Assembly: GCA_963975935.1 (NCBI GenBank)
Contig: CAXBIQ010000006.1
Location: forward strand, 84,493-148,492
Source: an uncultured Flavobacteriaceae bacterium
GTDB taxonomy: Bacteria; Bacteroidota; Bacteroidia; Flavobacteriales; Flavobacteriaceae
Length of the DNA: 64,000 nucleotides
Direction of reading: 5' to 3'
Shown: positions 1 to 9,121 of the stretch, piece by piece
How the letters are laid out: every line of letters starts with the position of its first letter
Numbering within the stretch: position 1 is the stretch's first letter
Made by a program: the position numbers and the translations under genes
The notes under the pieces: model-generated
What the model was told of the DNA's origin: nothing
What the model saw: only the letters and a program-made list of their open reading frames with translations
Databases searched by the model: none

Positions 1-665
1 TCTGGGCAGGATGGAATAGAAGCTCTACAGATGTTCCTGATTTTACGGTAGGAATTCACCACCCGGCAGGTGATATTATGAAAGTTTGCCGAGATGATCA
101 ATCACCCATCAGAACAGCAATCAATTTTGAAATTCCAAACACATTTGTGTGGCGTGTATCTGATTGGGATTTGGGAGTTACTGAAGGGGGATCCTCAGGG
201 TCTGCACTTTTTGATCAGGATGGAAGAATCGTGGGCCAACTTGCAGGTGGTGCAGCTGCCTGTGCAGGTACTAACGACAACGGTCAACCTGATTTTTACG
301 GAAGAATGGATACTTCCTGGGATTTTGGAACAACAAACAGCACACGCCTTTCAAACTGGTTGGATCCTCAGGATACCGGTGCAACATCCACAGATATCCT
401 TAGCACACCAAATTTTCAGTTTTTTGGAGACTTACACGTGTATCCAAACCCGGCGTCATCAGCATTGTATGTGGAAAACAATAATTCATCTGATTTGAAT
501 TATCAAATCTACAGTGTCACAGGACAATTGATGCAGGAAAACACATTGCCCTTTTCAAATAATACGATTGATGTATCACAATTATCTGAAGGAATTTACT
601 TTTTAAAACTTACAGATAAAAATTCTGACGGATCGCTTATAAAAAGGATCGCCATCAAAAAATAG
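1..665 (+). CDS. Secreted trypsin-like serine peptidase, C-terminal part, with T9SS C-terminal sorting domain (5' end outside window)
   Basis: Frame is open from the window edge. The GGSSGSALFDQDGRIVGQLAGG block resembles the catalytic-Ser region of lysyl-endopeptidase-type S1 peptidases. The last ~80 aa (LHVYPNPASSALYVEN...GIYFLKLTD...IAIKK) fit the Por/T9SS CTD pattern. Confidence 0.7.
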   Translation, partial: WAGWNRSSTDVPDFTVGIHHPAGDIMKVCRDDQSPIRTAINFEIPNTFVWRVSDWDLGVTEGGSSGSALFDQDGRIVGQLAGGAAACAGTNDNGQPDFYGRMDTSWDFGTTNSTRLSNWLDPQDTGATSTDILSTPNFQFFGDLHVYPNPASSALYVENNNSSDLNYQIYSVTGQLMQENTLPFSNNTIDVSQLSEGIYFLKLTDKNSDGSLIKRIAIKK

Positions 666-759
666 ACAGTTTAATTTAACGATATATAATAATAATCCCC
701 TCTTGATTAAAGAGGGGATTATTAATTTCAAGCTTTTGTTATTCCGTCTTTTAAAATTG

Positions 760-767
760 TATTTTTG
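760..767 (+). promoter_or_regulatory. Candidate Bacteroidota -7 promoter box (TATTTTTG) for rlmN
   Basis: Exact match to the TAnnTTTG consensus 5 nt upstream of the ATG at 772. This implies a leaderless or very short-leader mRNA. Confidence 0.4.
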
Positions 768-771
768 CAAA

Positions 772-1812
772 ATGAAAGAGAACAAGAGAGATATCAGGGC
801 TTTATCAAAAGAAGAATTGCGTTTGTTTTTTGAAAGTATTGGAGACAAGGCTTTCAGGGGCAATCAGGTATATGAATGGCTTTGGAATAAGGGGGCTCAT
901 ACATTTGAGGAAATGACAAATCTTTCCAAAGAAACCCGAAAGCATTTGGAAGACCATTTTGTCATTAACCACATTCAGGTCGATCAAATCCAGAAAAGTG
1001 ATGACGGGACCATTAAAAATGCCGTCAGGCTTCATGATAGTTTGGTGGTTGAGTCGGTCTTGATACCCACACCTAAGAGAACAACAGCATGTGTATCTTC
1101 ACAAGTAGGTTGTAGTTTGGATTGTAAATTTTGTGCTACAGCAAAACTTAAGCGCATGCGCAATCTAAATCCTGACGAAATTTATGACCAGGTCGTGGCT
1201 ATTGATCGCGAAAGCAGGTTGTATTTTGATAAACCCCTTACCAATATCGTTTTTATGGGTATGGGAGAGCCTCTAATGAACTATAATAATGTCTTGAAAG
1301 CCATTGATAAAATAACATCGCCCGAGGGATTAGGGATGTCGCCAAAGCGAATTACCCTATCCACTTCAGGGGTTCCCAAAATGATCAAAAAACTTGCTGA
1401 TGACGAAGTAAAATTCAAACTTGCTGTTTCCCTGCACAGTGCGATTCAAGAAACAAGAGTTTCCATAATGCCCTTTGCAGAAACATTTACCCTTGACGAT
1501 TTAAGAGAATCTTTAGAATACTGGTACTTAAAAACCAAAAGTAAAATTTCGTATGAATATGTGGTGTGGAAAGATATCAATGACAGCAAGAAGGATATCG
1601 ATGCGCTTGTCAGGTTTTGCTCATATGTGCCGTGTAAGGTCAATTTGATAGAGTATAACCCCATTGGGGAAGATGCTTTTGCACAGGCAGACAATAAGGC
1701 ATTAGATGATTATATAAATGCCCTTGAGTTTTATAGAATTCCCGTAACCGTGAGAAGAAGCCGGGGCAAAGATATTGATGCTGCCTGCGGGCAGTTGGCA
1801 AACAAGCAATAA
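772..1812 (+). CDS. rlmN: 23S rRNA/tRNA adenine-C2 methyltransferase RlmN (radical SAM)
   Basis: CSLDCKFCATAKL radical-SAM CxxxCxxC motif and C-terminal GKDIDAACGQL motif, with typical length. Start moved to the ATG at 772 (MKENKRDIRALSKEEL). Confidence 0.9.
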   Translation: MKENKRDIRALSKEELRLFFESIGDKAFRGNQVYEWLWNKGAHTFEEMTNLSKETRKHLEDHFVINHIQVDQIQKSDDGTIKNAVRLHDSLVVESVLIPTPKRTTACVSSQVGCSLDCKFCATAKLKRMRNLNPDEIYDQVVAIDRESRLYFDKPLTNIVFMGMGEPLMNYNNVLKAIDKITSPEGLGMSPKRITLSTSGVPKMIKKLADDEVKFKLAVSLHSAIQETRVSIMPFAETFTLDDLRESLEYWYLKTKSKISYEYVVWKDINDSKKDIDALVRFCSYVPCKVNLIEYNPIGEDAFAQADNKALDDYINALEFYRIPVTVRRSRGKDIDAACGQLANKQ

Positions 1813-1814
1813 AA

Positions 1815-1839
1815 AAAGGCTTCCGGATAGGAAGCCTTT
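1815..1839. terminator. Bidirectional intrinsic terminator hairpin between convergent genes
   Basis: AAAGGCTTCC-GGATA-GGAAGCCTTT is a perfect 10-bp stem, flanked by an A-run upstream and T-rich sequence downstream. Confidence 0.6.
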
Positions 1840-1861
1840 AAAGTTTTATTGAACCTTTAAA

Positions 1862-2575
1862 TTATCTTTTGACAATTTTGAAAGTTGCAACTTGATTGTT
1901 AACATTTACAGTACCGATATAAACACCGTCTTTAACTGAAGACATATCAACAATTTCATTATTGCTTGAAAGTTTTTTAGCAATTACTTCCTGTCCTAAA
2001 AGGTTGTACAATGAAATGTTTGAAAAAGCTTCATTAGCAGATAATGTCAATTGTTTTGTGGATGCATTGTAAAATTGGTTAAATCCAGCAATTGTATTAT
2101 CCTCTGTGCTTAATCCATCTGTCCATTCAATTTTTGGGAAACCGTTGTCAATTTGTCCTGCTACTCCACAGTTACCTTGTTCATTGATAGCGATAAGGTA
2201 TGTTCCTGAAACAGTAGCTGTAAAAGAAATTTCACAAGTACTGCCTGCATCTAAACCAAAGGCATCAACAGATGTAAATCCACCAGCTCCGTCATGAGGG
2301 CCAACTGTATAATCAATAGCCCAAGAACCTGCACCCGGTCCATTACAAGCACTGAAAATATAGCTTTCACCTGCAATAACATTATTCATTAAATAAGCTT
2401 CAGATTTCCATATTTCAAACGTTGTTATTTCTACAGCAGGTTCACCAGGTGCTGGAGCCCCATCATTAGGTGCTGTATTGAAATTAGTGTAAGGACCATC
2501 TACATAATCCAAACATTGTGCGCTCATTCCAGCAGCAAATAAAAACGCTGCCATTAAAAGTGTAATTTTTTTCAT
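1862..2575 (-). CDS. Secreted hypothetical protein with T9SS C-terminal sorting domain
   Basis: N-terminal signal peptide (MKKITLLMAAFLFAAGMSAQ). C-terminal ISLYNLLGQEV...DGVYIGTVNVNNQVATFKIVKR fits the T9SS CTD pattern. Confidence 0.75.
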   Translation of the reverse strand: MKKITLLMAAFLFAAGMSAQCLDYVDGPYTNFNTAPNDGAPAPGEPAVEITTFEIWKSEAYLMNNVIAGESYIFSACNGPGAGSWAIDYTVGPHDGAGGFTSVDAFGLDAGSTCEISFTATVSGTYLIAINEQGNCGVAGQIDNGFPKIEWTDGLSTEDNTIAGFNQFYNASTKQLTLSANEAFSNISLYNLLGQEVIAKKLSSNNEIVDMSSVKDGVYIGTVNVNNQVATFKIVKR

Positions 2576-2670
2576 AATTATTGATTTTAAGTTTAATTTA
2601 TCCCGCTAAGATACTAAAAATAACACTTCACTCAAACTATATTAGATATTTTTAACAGGGCTTTTTTCTT

Positions 2671-2678
2671 TATATTTG
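2671..2678 (+). promoter_or_regulatory. Candidate -7 promoter box (TATATTTG)
   Basis: TAnnTTTG match 8 nt upstream of the ATG at 2686. Confidence 0.4.
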
Positions 2679-2685
2679 GCACATC

Positions 2686-3663
2686 ATGAAAATTGTTTCC
2701 CAGATAAAACTACCCATAGAGTTGGAAATGGAGCTTTTTGAAAAAAAATTCTTCAATTCTATGTCGTCTAATGTTGCCCTGCTCAACAGGATTACCTATT
2801 ACATTGTGAACCGCAAGGGTAAGCAAATGCGGCCCATGTTTGTGTTTTTGATAGCCAAAATGGTTTCGGGAGGTAAAATTGAGGAACGCACATATCGGGG
2901 TGCTTCTGTGATTGAATTGATTCATACTGCCACATTGGTTCATGATGATGTAGTGGACGACAGCAACCGCAGACGTGGTTTTTTTTCCATTAATGCCTTA
3001 TGGAAAAATAAAATTGCTGTTTTGGTTGGAGATTATCTGCTTTCAAAGGGTCTTTTACTCTCAATTGATAACGGCGATTTTGATTTACTGCAAATCATCT
3101 CTGTAGCAGTAAGAGAAATGAGCGAAGGAGAGTTGCTTCAAATAGAAAAAGCCCGGAAGCTCGATATTACAGAGGAGGTTTATTATGAAATCATTAGGCA
3201 AAAAACAGCTACCTTGATTGCGGCTTGTTGTGCGATGGGAGCCCAATCTGTCAATGCACCCAAAGAAGAAGTGGAGCAGATGCGCAAATTTGGTGAACTC
3301 ATCGGGATGGCTTTTCAAATCAAAGATGACCTTTTTGACTACGGAACTGAAAAAATAGGCAAGCCCACAGGTATTGATATCAAAGAACAAAAAATGACTT
3401 TACCCTTGATTTATTCTCTGAACCACGCTGCAGCGAAAGACAAAAGATGGCTAATCAACTCTGTAAAAAACCACAATAAAGACTCCAAGCGTGTGCAAGA
3501 AGTAATCGGCTTTGTCAAATCATCTGGCGGGTTGGATTATGCAGTATCAAAAATGAAGCAATTTCAAAGCGAAGCACTTCAAATCCTGAGCACCTATCCC
3601 AAATCTGAATACAAAGATTCTCTGGAGCTTATGGTAAACTATGTTATAGACAGGAAAAAATAA
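2686..3663 (+). CDS. Polyprenyl diphosphate synthase (trans-isoprenyl diphosphate synthase family)
   Basis: First and second aspartate-rich motifs are present (LVHDDVVDD and FQIKDDLFDY). The 325-aa length is typical of long-chain prenyl synthases. Confidence 0.85.
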   Translation: MKIVSQIKLPIELEMELFEKKFFNSMSSNVALLNRITYYIVNRKGKQMRPMFVFLIAKMVSGGKIEERTYRGASVIELIHTATLVHDDVVDDSNRRRGFFSINALWKNKIAVLVGDYLLSKGLLLSIDNGDFDLLQIISVAVREMSEGELLQIEKARKLDITEEVYYEIIRQKTATLIAACCAMGAQSVNAPKEEVEQMRKFGELIGMAFQIKDDLFDYGTEKIGKPTGIDIKEQKMTLPLIYSLNHAAAKDKRWLINSVKNHNKDSKRVQEVIGFVKSSGGLDYAVSKMKQFQSEALQILSTYPKSEYKDSLELMVNYVIDRKK

Positions 3664-3721
3664 GAAAATTAGTTGTCAATATTTGGCACAATTTTTTATT
3701 TCTATTTTTTTTTAATCTTCA

Positions 3722-3754
3722 GGCAACCCTTCTTTTTAAATTTACGTCTATATA
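3722..3754 (+). promoter_or_regulatory. Candidate ECF-type promoter (GGCAACC-N17-CGTCTATATA)
   Basis: An AAC-containing -35-like element and a CGTC -10-like element with 17-nt spacing lie 20 nt upstream of the GTG start. The same CAACC-N18-TCTATATA layout recurs upstream of the second ECF sigma gene at 14962-14992. Confidence 0.35.
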
Positions 3755-3774
3755 AATAGAAGCCTTAATGGATT

Positions 3775-4335
3775 GTGAAAATAATCAACTTACATAAAAA
3801 CCAAACACAATTAATAGCCAAAGCCGCTAAAAATAACCGACAGGCTCAGCATCAAATTTACCAATTGTATGCTCCCAAAATGCTAAGTGTTTGCCGGATG
3901 TATATTAAAGACATTCACCATGCCGAAGAAACTATGCTCGATGGTTTTTACAAGGTGTTTACTCGCCTTTCAGATTTTAACAATCAGGGAAGCTTTGAAG
4001 GATGGATACGCCGTATTATGGTGCGACAGAGCATCGATTTTTTGAGAAAAAAATCCAAAATGACATTTAACGATGATGATGTGATTGATACCACGGAACA
4101 AAATGAAATCCAATGGAAATATGATGTGCAACACATTCAGCAAGCCATTGACGCACTGCCCGAAGGATATAAAGCAGTTTTCAACCTTTTTGCCATTGAA
4201 GGATACAAACACGATGAAATAGCGTCGATGCTTACTATTACTGAAGGTACTTCAAAGTCACAATTACACAAAGCACGCAAAATGCTGCAGGAAAAATTAA
4301 AAACAGGAAACGCCACAGATTATGGAATCAAATAA
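3775..4335 (+). CDS. ECF (sigma-70 family group IV) RNA polymerase sigma factor
   Basis: Region 2 (FEGWIRRIMVRQSIDFLRK) and region 4.2 HTH (LPEGYKAVFNLFAIEGYKHDEIASMLTITEGTSKSQLHKARKML) are recognisable. GTG start. Confidence 0.85.
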   Translation: MKIINLHKNQTQLIAKAAKNNRQAQHQIYQLYAPKMLSVCRMYIKDIHHAEETMLDGFYKVFTRLSDFNNQGSFEGWIRRIMVRQSIDFLRKKSKMTFNDDDVIDTTEQNEIQWKYDVQHIQQAIDALPEGYKAVFNLFAIEGYKHDEIASMLTITEGTSKSQLHKARKMLQEKLKTGNATDYGIK

Positions 4336-5050
4336 TACAGACCGGCAAATCAAAAATCAGCTTGAGAAACGGGAACTAAACCCTTCGCTTAAAAGCTGGG
4401 AAGAATTGCGCTCACGACTGGATGCAAATGAAAAAAAGAAGTCACCCATCTATTGGTATTTGGGACTGGCAGCCTCTTTTGTTGCCGGAATCCTTATTGT
4501 TAGCCTGCTGTTTAACACAAATATTTCAAATGATAATCCTGTTGTTGTTGAAGAACAACTTGTAGAGCCCACTGAAAATAAAAATGAACTACCGGTTTTT
4601 GATACCCTTCAAGGAGATTCAGCTATAGCAAATTCAAAATCACAAAGAGTTGTTGAAGAAACAACTCCAAAAGAGCCGGTCATTAAACCAGAAACCAATT
4701 TGAATAAAAACCAACAAACTGCATCTGCAGTTGCAGAAATGATAGATAAAGATAAGGGTGTTCTATTGAATAAAAAGGTTGAAGAAGTCATTGCTCAGGT
4801 TTCAAGTCATGAAGCAGAACAAGATTCCTTGACAGTATCTGAAATAGACGCATTGCTTGCAAAGGCTACTGCCGAAATAGTAAAAGAAAGGCAAAAGGAC
4901 TTATATCAAGATCAAGGATATATCTCTGCAACAAACTTATTAAATGAAGTGGAAAATGAACTGGAACAATCATTCAGGGACAAAATATTTGAAATGCTAA
5001 AAGACGGCTTTAACAAAACCCGGACCGCGGTAGCTAACAGAAATCAATAA
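4322..5050 (+). CDS. Putative single-pass membrane anti-sigma factor
   Basis: Overlaps the sigma gene stop by 14 nt. It has a short cytoplasmic N-terminus followed by one TM helix (IYWYLGLAASFVAGILIVSLLF). No recognisable catalytic domain. Confidence 0.55.
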   Translation: MESNNTDRQIKNQLEKRELNPSLKSWEELRSRLDANEKKKSPIYWYLGLAASFVAGILIVSLLFNTNISNDNPVVVEEQLVEPTENKNELPVFDTLQGDSAIANSKSQRVVEETTPKEPVIKPETNLNKNQQTASAVAEMIDKDKGVLLNKKVEEVIAQVSSHEAEQDSLTVSEIDALLAKATAEIVKERQKDLYQDQGYISATNLLNEVENELEQSFRDKIFEMLKDGFNKTRTAVANRNQ

Positions 5051-5137
5051 TTCAATAATAATTCATTCATCAATCAGGTTTTCAAGGGCATTGTAAAGTT
5101 TGCAATGCCTACTGAAAATCACTAAATCAATCACATT

Positions 5138-6178
5138 ATGAAAACAATTTTTATGTATCTAAGTCTGTTGCTATTTTCGGCAATTTATTTTCAAGCACAG
5201 GCTCAGGAAACCTCCGTTTCTGAAAAATTAATCCTTCTTGAAGATCAGCGTGAAACCATTGTTACTGAAGAAAAAGAGGCATTAAAAGTAAAGGTAGAAC
5301 AGATAAATTCACGATATGAAAACAGTGAAATTTCTTCGGAAGAAGCAGAAACATTAAAAAATGAAGCGGCACAGTTTCACGCATTGAATATTGAAAACCG
5401 GGTTGCGATTGTAGAAAATAAAATTGCACTTCTTGAGCGAAACAATGAAGAAGCTCTTGAGGAGGATGATTCATATGTTGCATTGTTTGGTGATGGGAAG
5501 GTTATTCGCTTAAAGTTCAATAAAGAAAGAAAATATGACCGCCGCACCACCAGTGATTTTGTCTTTGCTTTTGGTTTAAACAATGTCGTTACCGAAGGTG
5601 AAACACTGAATGACAGTGAATTTAAAGTTGGCGGAAGCCGTTTTGCAGAGTTGGGATGGGCCTGGAAAACCCGCGTGTTTGAAAACAGCAACTGGTTGCG
5701 GTTGAAATATGGGTTCTCATTTCAATTTAACGGTTTAAAGCCCATTGACAATCAAATTTTTGTTGATACCGGTGAGGAAACCGTGTTAGAAGAATTTCCG
5801 GTTAATCTCGATAAATCAAAGTTCAGGATGGACAACCTTGTGTTTCCGGTGCATTTTGAATTGGGTCCTTCTAAAAAAATTGAAAAAGAAGATTATTTCA
5901 GGTATAGCACACGAAATTATATCAAAGTGGGTCTGGGAGGTTATGCCGGGTTCAATTTAGGCACGCGTCAAAAACTAAAGTATGAAGAAGATGGTGAACG
6001 TGTAAAAGAGAAACTCAAGGGAGGTTACAATACAAATAATTTTATTTACGGTTTAAGTGGTTATATAGGCTGGCGCAACACGGCACTGTATATAAAATAT
6101 GACCTAAACACCATTTTTAAAGACAATCCTGTTGAACAACACAATGTCTCTTTGGGGCTGCGATTTGATGTAGATTAA
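5138..6178 (+). CDS. Secreted hypothetical protein with coiled-coil N-terminal half and beta-rich C-terminal half (possible outer-membrane protein)
   Basis: Signal peptide MKTIFMYLSLLLFSAIYFQAQAQ. A heptad-like acidic region is followed by alternating hydrophobic beta-strand-like segments. Confidence 0.6.
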   Translation: MKTIFMYLSLLLFSAIYFQAQAQETSVSEKLILLEDQRETIVTEEKEALKVKVEQINSRYENSEISSEEAETLKNEAAQFHALNIENRVAIVENKIALLERNNEEALEEDDSYVALFGDGKVIRLKFNKERKYDRRTTSDFVFAFGLNNVVTEGETLNDSEFKVGGSRFAELGWAWKTRVFENSNWLRLKYGFSFQFNGLKPIDNQIFVDTGEETVLEEFPVNLDKSKFRMDNLVFPVHFELGPSKKIEKEDYFRYSTRNYIKVGLGGYAGFNLGTRQKLKYEEDGERVKEKLKGGYNTNNFIYGLSGYIGWRNTALYIKYDLNTIFKDNPVEQHNVSLGLRFDVD

Positions 6179-6189
6179 ATTAGCCAAAG

Positions 6190-6220
6190 AAAGATTCCCG
6201 GAAACGGGAATCTTTTTATT
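6190..6220 (+). terminator. Intrinsic terminator
   Basis: AAAGATTCCCG-GAAA-CGGGAATCTTT stem-loop followed by TTTTATT, 12 nt after the stop codon. Confidence 0.7.
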
Positions 6221-6283
6221 AGAGAATACTTCTAAAATAAGTAACTTTACATTTCGTTTTCACGAAAGTAAACACGCTTTGCA

Positions 6284-8257
6284 TTGATATCAAAATCCAC
6301 TATAGACCAAGTATTTGAAGCTGCCCGGGTAGAGGAGGTGATTGGTGATTTTGTTCAGTTAAAAAAGTCAGGGAGCAACTTTAAAGGCCTGAGCCCTTTT
6401 ACAGAAGAGCGCACCCCCAGTTTTATGGTATCGCCCGTCAAGCAAATCTGGAAAGATTTCTCCAGCGGGAAAGGCGGCAATGCCGTTGCTTTTCTGATGG
6501 AGCATGAACATTTTACCTATCCTGAAGCCATCAAATATTTGGCAAAAAAATATGGGATTGAAATTGAGGAAACCGAGCAATCTTCAGAAGAGAAAGAACT
6601 TCAGAATGAGCGGGAGAGCATGTACCTGGTCAGCGAGTTTGCAAAAGATTATTTTCACCGCACCCTTTTAAAGACTGATGAAGGGAAAGCCATCGGTTTA
6701 AGCTATTTTAAAGAGAGGGGCTTTACTGATGAAACCATTGCCAGATTTCAATTGGGCTATTCTCCAAATACTTGGGATGCCTTTACTTCAGAAGCGTTGA
6801 AAAAGGGCTATAAACTTGAATTTCTCGAAAAAACAGGCCTCACGATTGTAAAGGAAGAAAAACAATTTGACCGGTTTAAGGGGAGGGTGATGTTTCCTAT
6901 CTTTAGTATGAGTGGTCGCACACTGGGTTTTGGTGGAAGGATTTTAACAAGCGATAAAAAAGCGGCCAAATACCTTAACTCCCCTGAAAGCGATATTTAC
7001 CATAAAAGCAAAGTGCTTTATGGTTTGTTCAACGCAAAACAAGCCATTGCCAAAGAAGACAATTGCTATCTTGTTGAGGGATATACAGATGTAATACAGT
7101 TTGCGCAACTGGGTGTCCACAATGTGGTTTCTTCATCTGGAACAGCGCTCACGCCTGAGCAAATCAGGTTGATTAACAGGCTTACCAATAACATTACCTT
7201 ACTTTTTGACGGTGATGCTGCAGGTTTACGAGCTTCTTTGCGAGGGGTTGATTTGATTCTGGAACAAGGTATGAATGTAAGAATTTGTACCTTCCCTGAA
7301 GGGGAAGATCCCGACAGTTTCGCCAGAAAAAACTCACTGGAAGAACTTGGCCTCTACCTTGAAGAAAACGCCAAGGACTTTATCAATTTTAAAGCTTCGC
7401 TTTTAGTAAAAGAAACAAACAATGATCCGGTAAAAAAAGCTGATACCATCAGGGATATGGTAGTAAGCATTTCAAAAATCCCGGATGTGATCAAGAGGGA
7501 AATTTACATTCAGGAATGTTCCCGTATTATGGATATTTCTGAAGAAGTGCTCTTTAACAGCCTTGCCCAGATCCTTACAAAAAACAGGAAGGAAGATTCC
7601 AAACGAGTACAGCAAACTGAAAAGCCTTTTGAAGTTGTTTCCCAAAAGTCCAGACCCTCTGAAAAAGTTGATGTAAAATTTCAGCTTGAGTTAAAAATCT
7701 TGGAGCTCTTACTTCTGTATGGAAAAGAAGAAGCTACTTTTGAAGAGTTGTATTTGCAGGTTAATGAGAGTGGCGAGATTGCTTTCGTCCCTGAAAAGAA
7801 AGACGCTATAGTCTTTCAAAAACTATATCTGGACTTACAGGAAGACGAAATGGAATTCACCAATCCTGTTTTTCAGGAGCTGTTCAATGAAATTATCGAA
7901 AGCTATCAAAACAATCAAGAGTTGCAAACAGAAACCTTTATCGCAAAACTGGAATCTCAAAAAGCTAAAATCATTACCGATATCTTTATGGAAGAAGAGA
8001 AATACCAACTCCACGACTGGGAGCGAAAAGAAATTTACGTAAAGCAAAAAGAACAATCTGTTGCACAGCTGCTTAGCGAAACTGTATTGCACCTCAGAAA
8101 ATTATTGATCTCAAAAAAAATAAACAGCCTTGCAGAGGAAATCAACAAGAAGGAAGATGATTTAAAAATGGAAATCCTCCAAAGCATACAGGAATACAAA
8201 AAGCTGGAAGTGATGCTTTCGCGAAAGCTGGAAACAGTGGTGAGAAGATTTGATTAA
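6284..8257 (+). CDS. dnaG: DNA primase DnaG
   Basis: The N-terminal primase zinc-binding-domain scaffold (GLSPFTEERTPSFMVSP...GKGGNAVAFLMEHE) lacks its Cys/His ligands. A TOPRIM region is present (YLVEGYTDVI...LLFDGDAAG). TTG start. Confidence 0.9.
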   Translation: MISKSTIDQVFEAARVEEVIGDFVQLKKSGSNFKGLSPFTEERTPSFMVSPVKQIWKDFSSGKGGNAVAFLMEHEHFTYPEAIKYLAKKYGIEIEETEQSSEEKELQNERESMYLVSEFAKDYFHRTLLKTDEGKAIGLSYFKERGFTDETIARFQLGYSPNTWDAFTSEALKKGYKLEFLEKTGLTIVKEEKQFDRFKGRVMFPIFSMSGRTLGFGGRILTSDKKAAKYLNSPESDIYHKSKVLYGLFNAKQAIAKEDNCYLVEGYTDVIQFAQLGVHNVVSSSGTALTPEQIRLINRLTNNITLLFDGDAAGLRASLRGVDLILEQGMNVRICTFPEGEDPDSFARKNSLEELGLYLEENAKDFINFKASLLVKETNNDPVKKADTIRDMVVSISKIPDVIKREIYIQECSRIMDISEEVLFNSLAQILTKNRKEDSKRVQQTEKPFEVVSQKSRPSEKVDVKFQLELKILELLLLYGKEEATFEELYLQVNESGEIAFVPEKKDAIVFQKLYLDLQEDEMEFTNPVFQELFNEIIESYQNNQELQTETFIAKLESQKAKIITDIFMEEEKYQLHDWERKEIYVKQKEQSVAQLLSETVLHLRKLLISKKINSLAEEINKKEDDLKMEILQSIQEYKKLEVMLSRKLETVVRRFD

Positions 8258-8290
8258 AAAAAAGCACCATCTATAAAAGATGATGCTTTT
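8256..8290. terminator. Probable bidirectional terminator hairpin
   Basis: AAAGCACCATCT-ATAAA-AGATGATGCTTT has one mismatch and is flanked by A- and T-runs. It lies between convergent dnaG and the response regulator gene. Confidence 0.5.
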
Positions 8291-8309
8291 GGAATTAGTA
8301 AAAAAAACT

Positions 8310-8942
8310 TTAGCTAAACTGAAACATCCTGGATTGGTGGATCAGGTCTGCAAGGTTATCTACCTTTAATTTTTTCAAAAGTCTTGTTTTGTAGGTACTC
8401 ACTGTTTTTTCATTGATGTCAAGCGCATTGGCAATGTCTTTATTGCGTTTGCCGTTTGAGAGTAAATTGAGTACTTCAATCTCACGGGAAGAAAGCTTTT
8501 TATACCGGCTCAAAATACTGCTTTCACCCACGTTTCTGCTGGTAAATGTAGTGGTGAGTTCATCATTGAGGTAAACCTCTCCTTTTGCAACTTTTTTTAA
8601 AGCTTTTGTGAAAAGTTTGGTTGATGATGTTTTTGAAATATATGCAGAAGCACCAGATTTGATGGAGCGCAAGGCATAAATTTCTTCGGGATGACATGAG
8701 TAAATGAGTACTTTTAAATCGGGGAATTCTGCCTTGATAGTTCTTAAAACGGTAATGCCGTTTACCTGGGGCATATCTATTTCCATAATTAAAACGTCGG
8801 GGTTATGTTTTCGTAAGGACTTAAACATTTCCTCTCCGTTGTTAACTTTATCCACTATGTTGTAGTCTGTATTTTTTTTTAGTAGGCAAGAAATTCCTTT
8901 TCGGGAAATGGGGTGATGGTCTGCGATTATTATTGATGTCAT
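8310..8942 (-). CDS. NarL/FixJ (LuxR-type HTH) two-component response regulator, orphan
   Basis: Receiver domain (IIIADHHP..., phospho-acceptor context LIMEIDMPQVNG) plus C-terminal LuxR HTH (LSSREIEVLNLLSNGKRNKDIANALDINEKTVSTYKTRLLKKL). No histidine kinase gene is adjacent. Confidence 0.9.
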   Translation of the reverse strand: MTSIIIADHHPISRKGISCLLKKNTDYNIVDKVNNGEEMFKSLRKHNPDVLIMEIDMPQVNGITVLRTIKAEFPDLKVLIYSCHPEEIYALRSIKSGASAYISKTSSTKLFTKALKKVAKGEVYLNDELTTTFTSRNVGESSILSRYKKLSSREIEVLNLLSNGKRNKDIANALDINEKTVSTYKTRLLKKLKVDNLADLIHQSRMFQFS

Positions 8943-9121
8943 AATTGTGAGGTTGACGTTAAATTTAGATTTTCATCACTTTGAATTGGTTGTTAGTTGA
9001 AAGTTGTAGGAAAAATATTGATATTTGTAAATATTATACTACAAATTCAAATGTATAAAATATCATCATTGAAATTCTCACTTTTCGTCAAAGTTCATGA
9101 AAATTCGTTTAACTACAGCAC

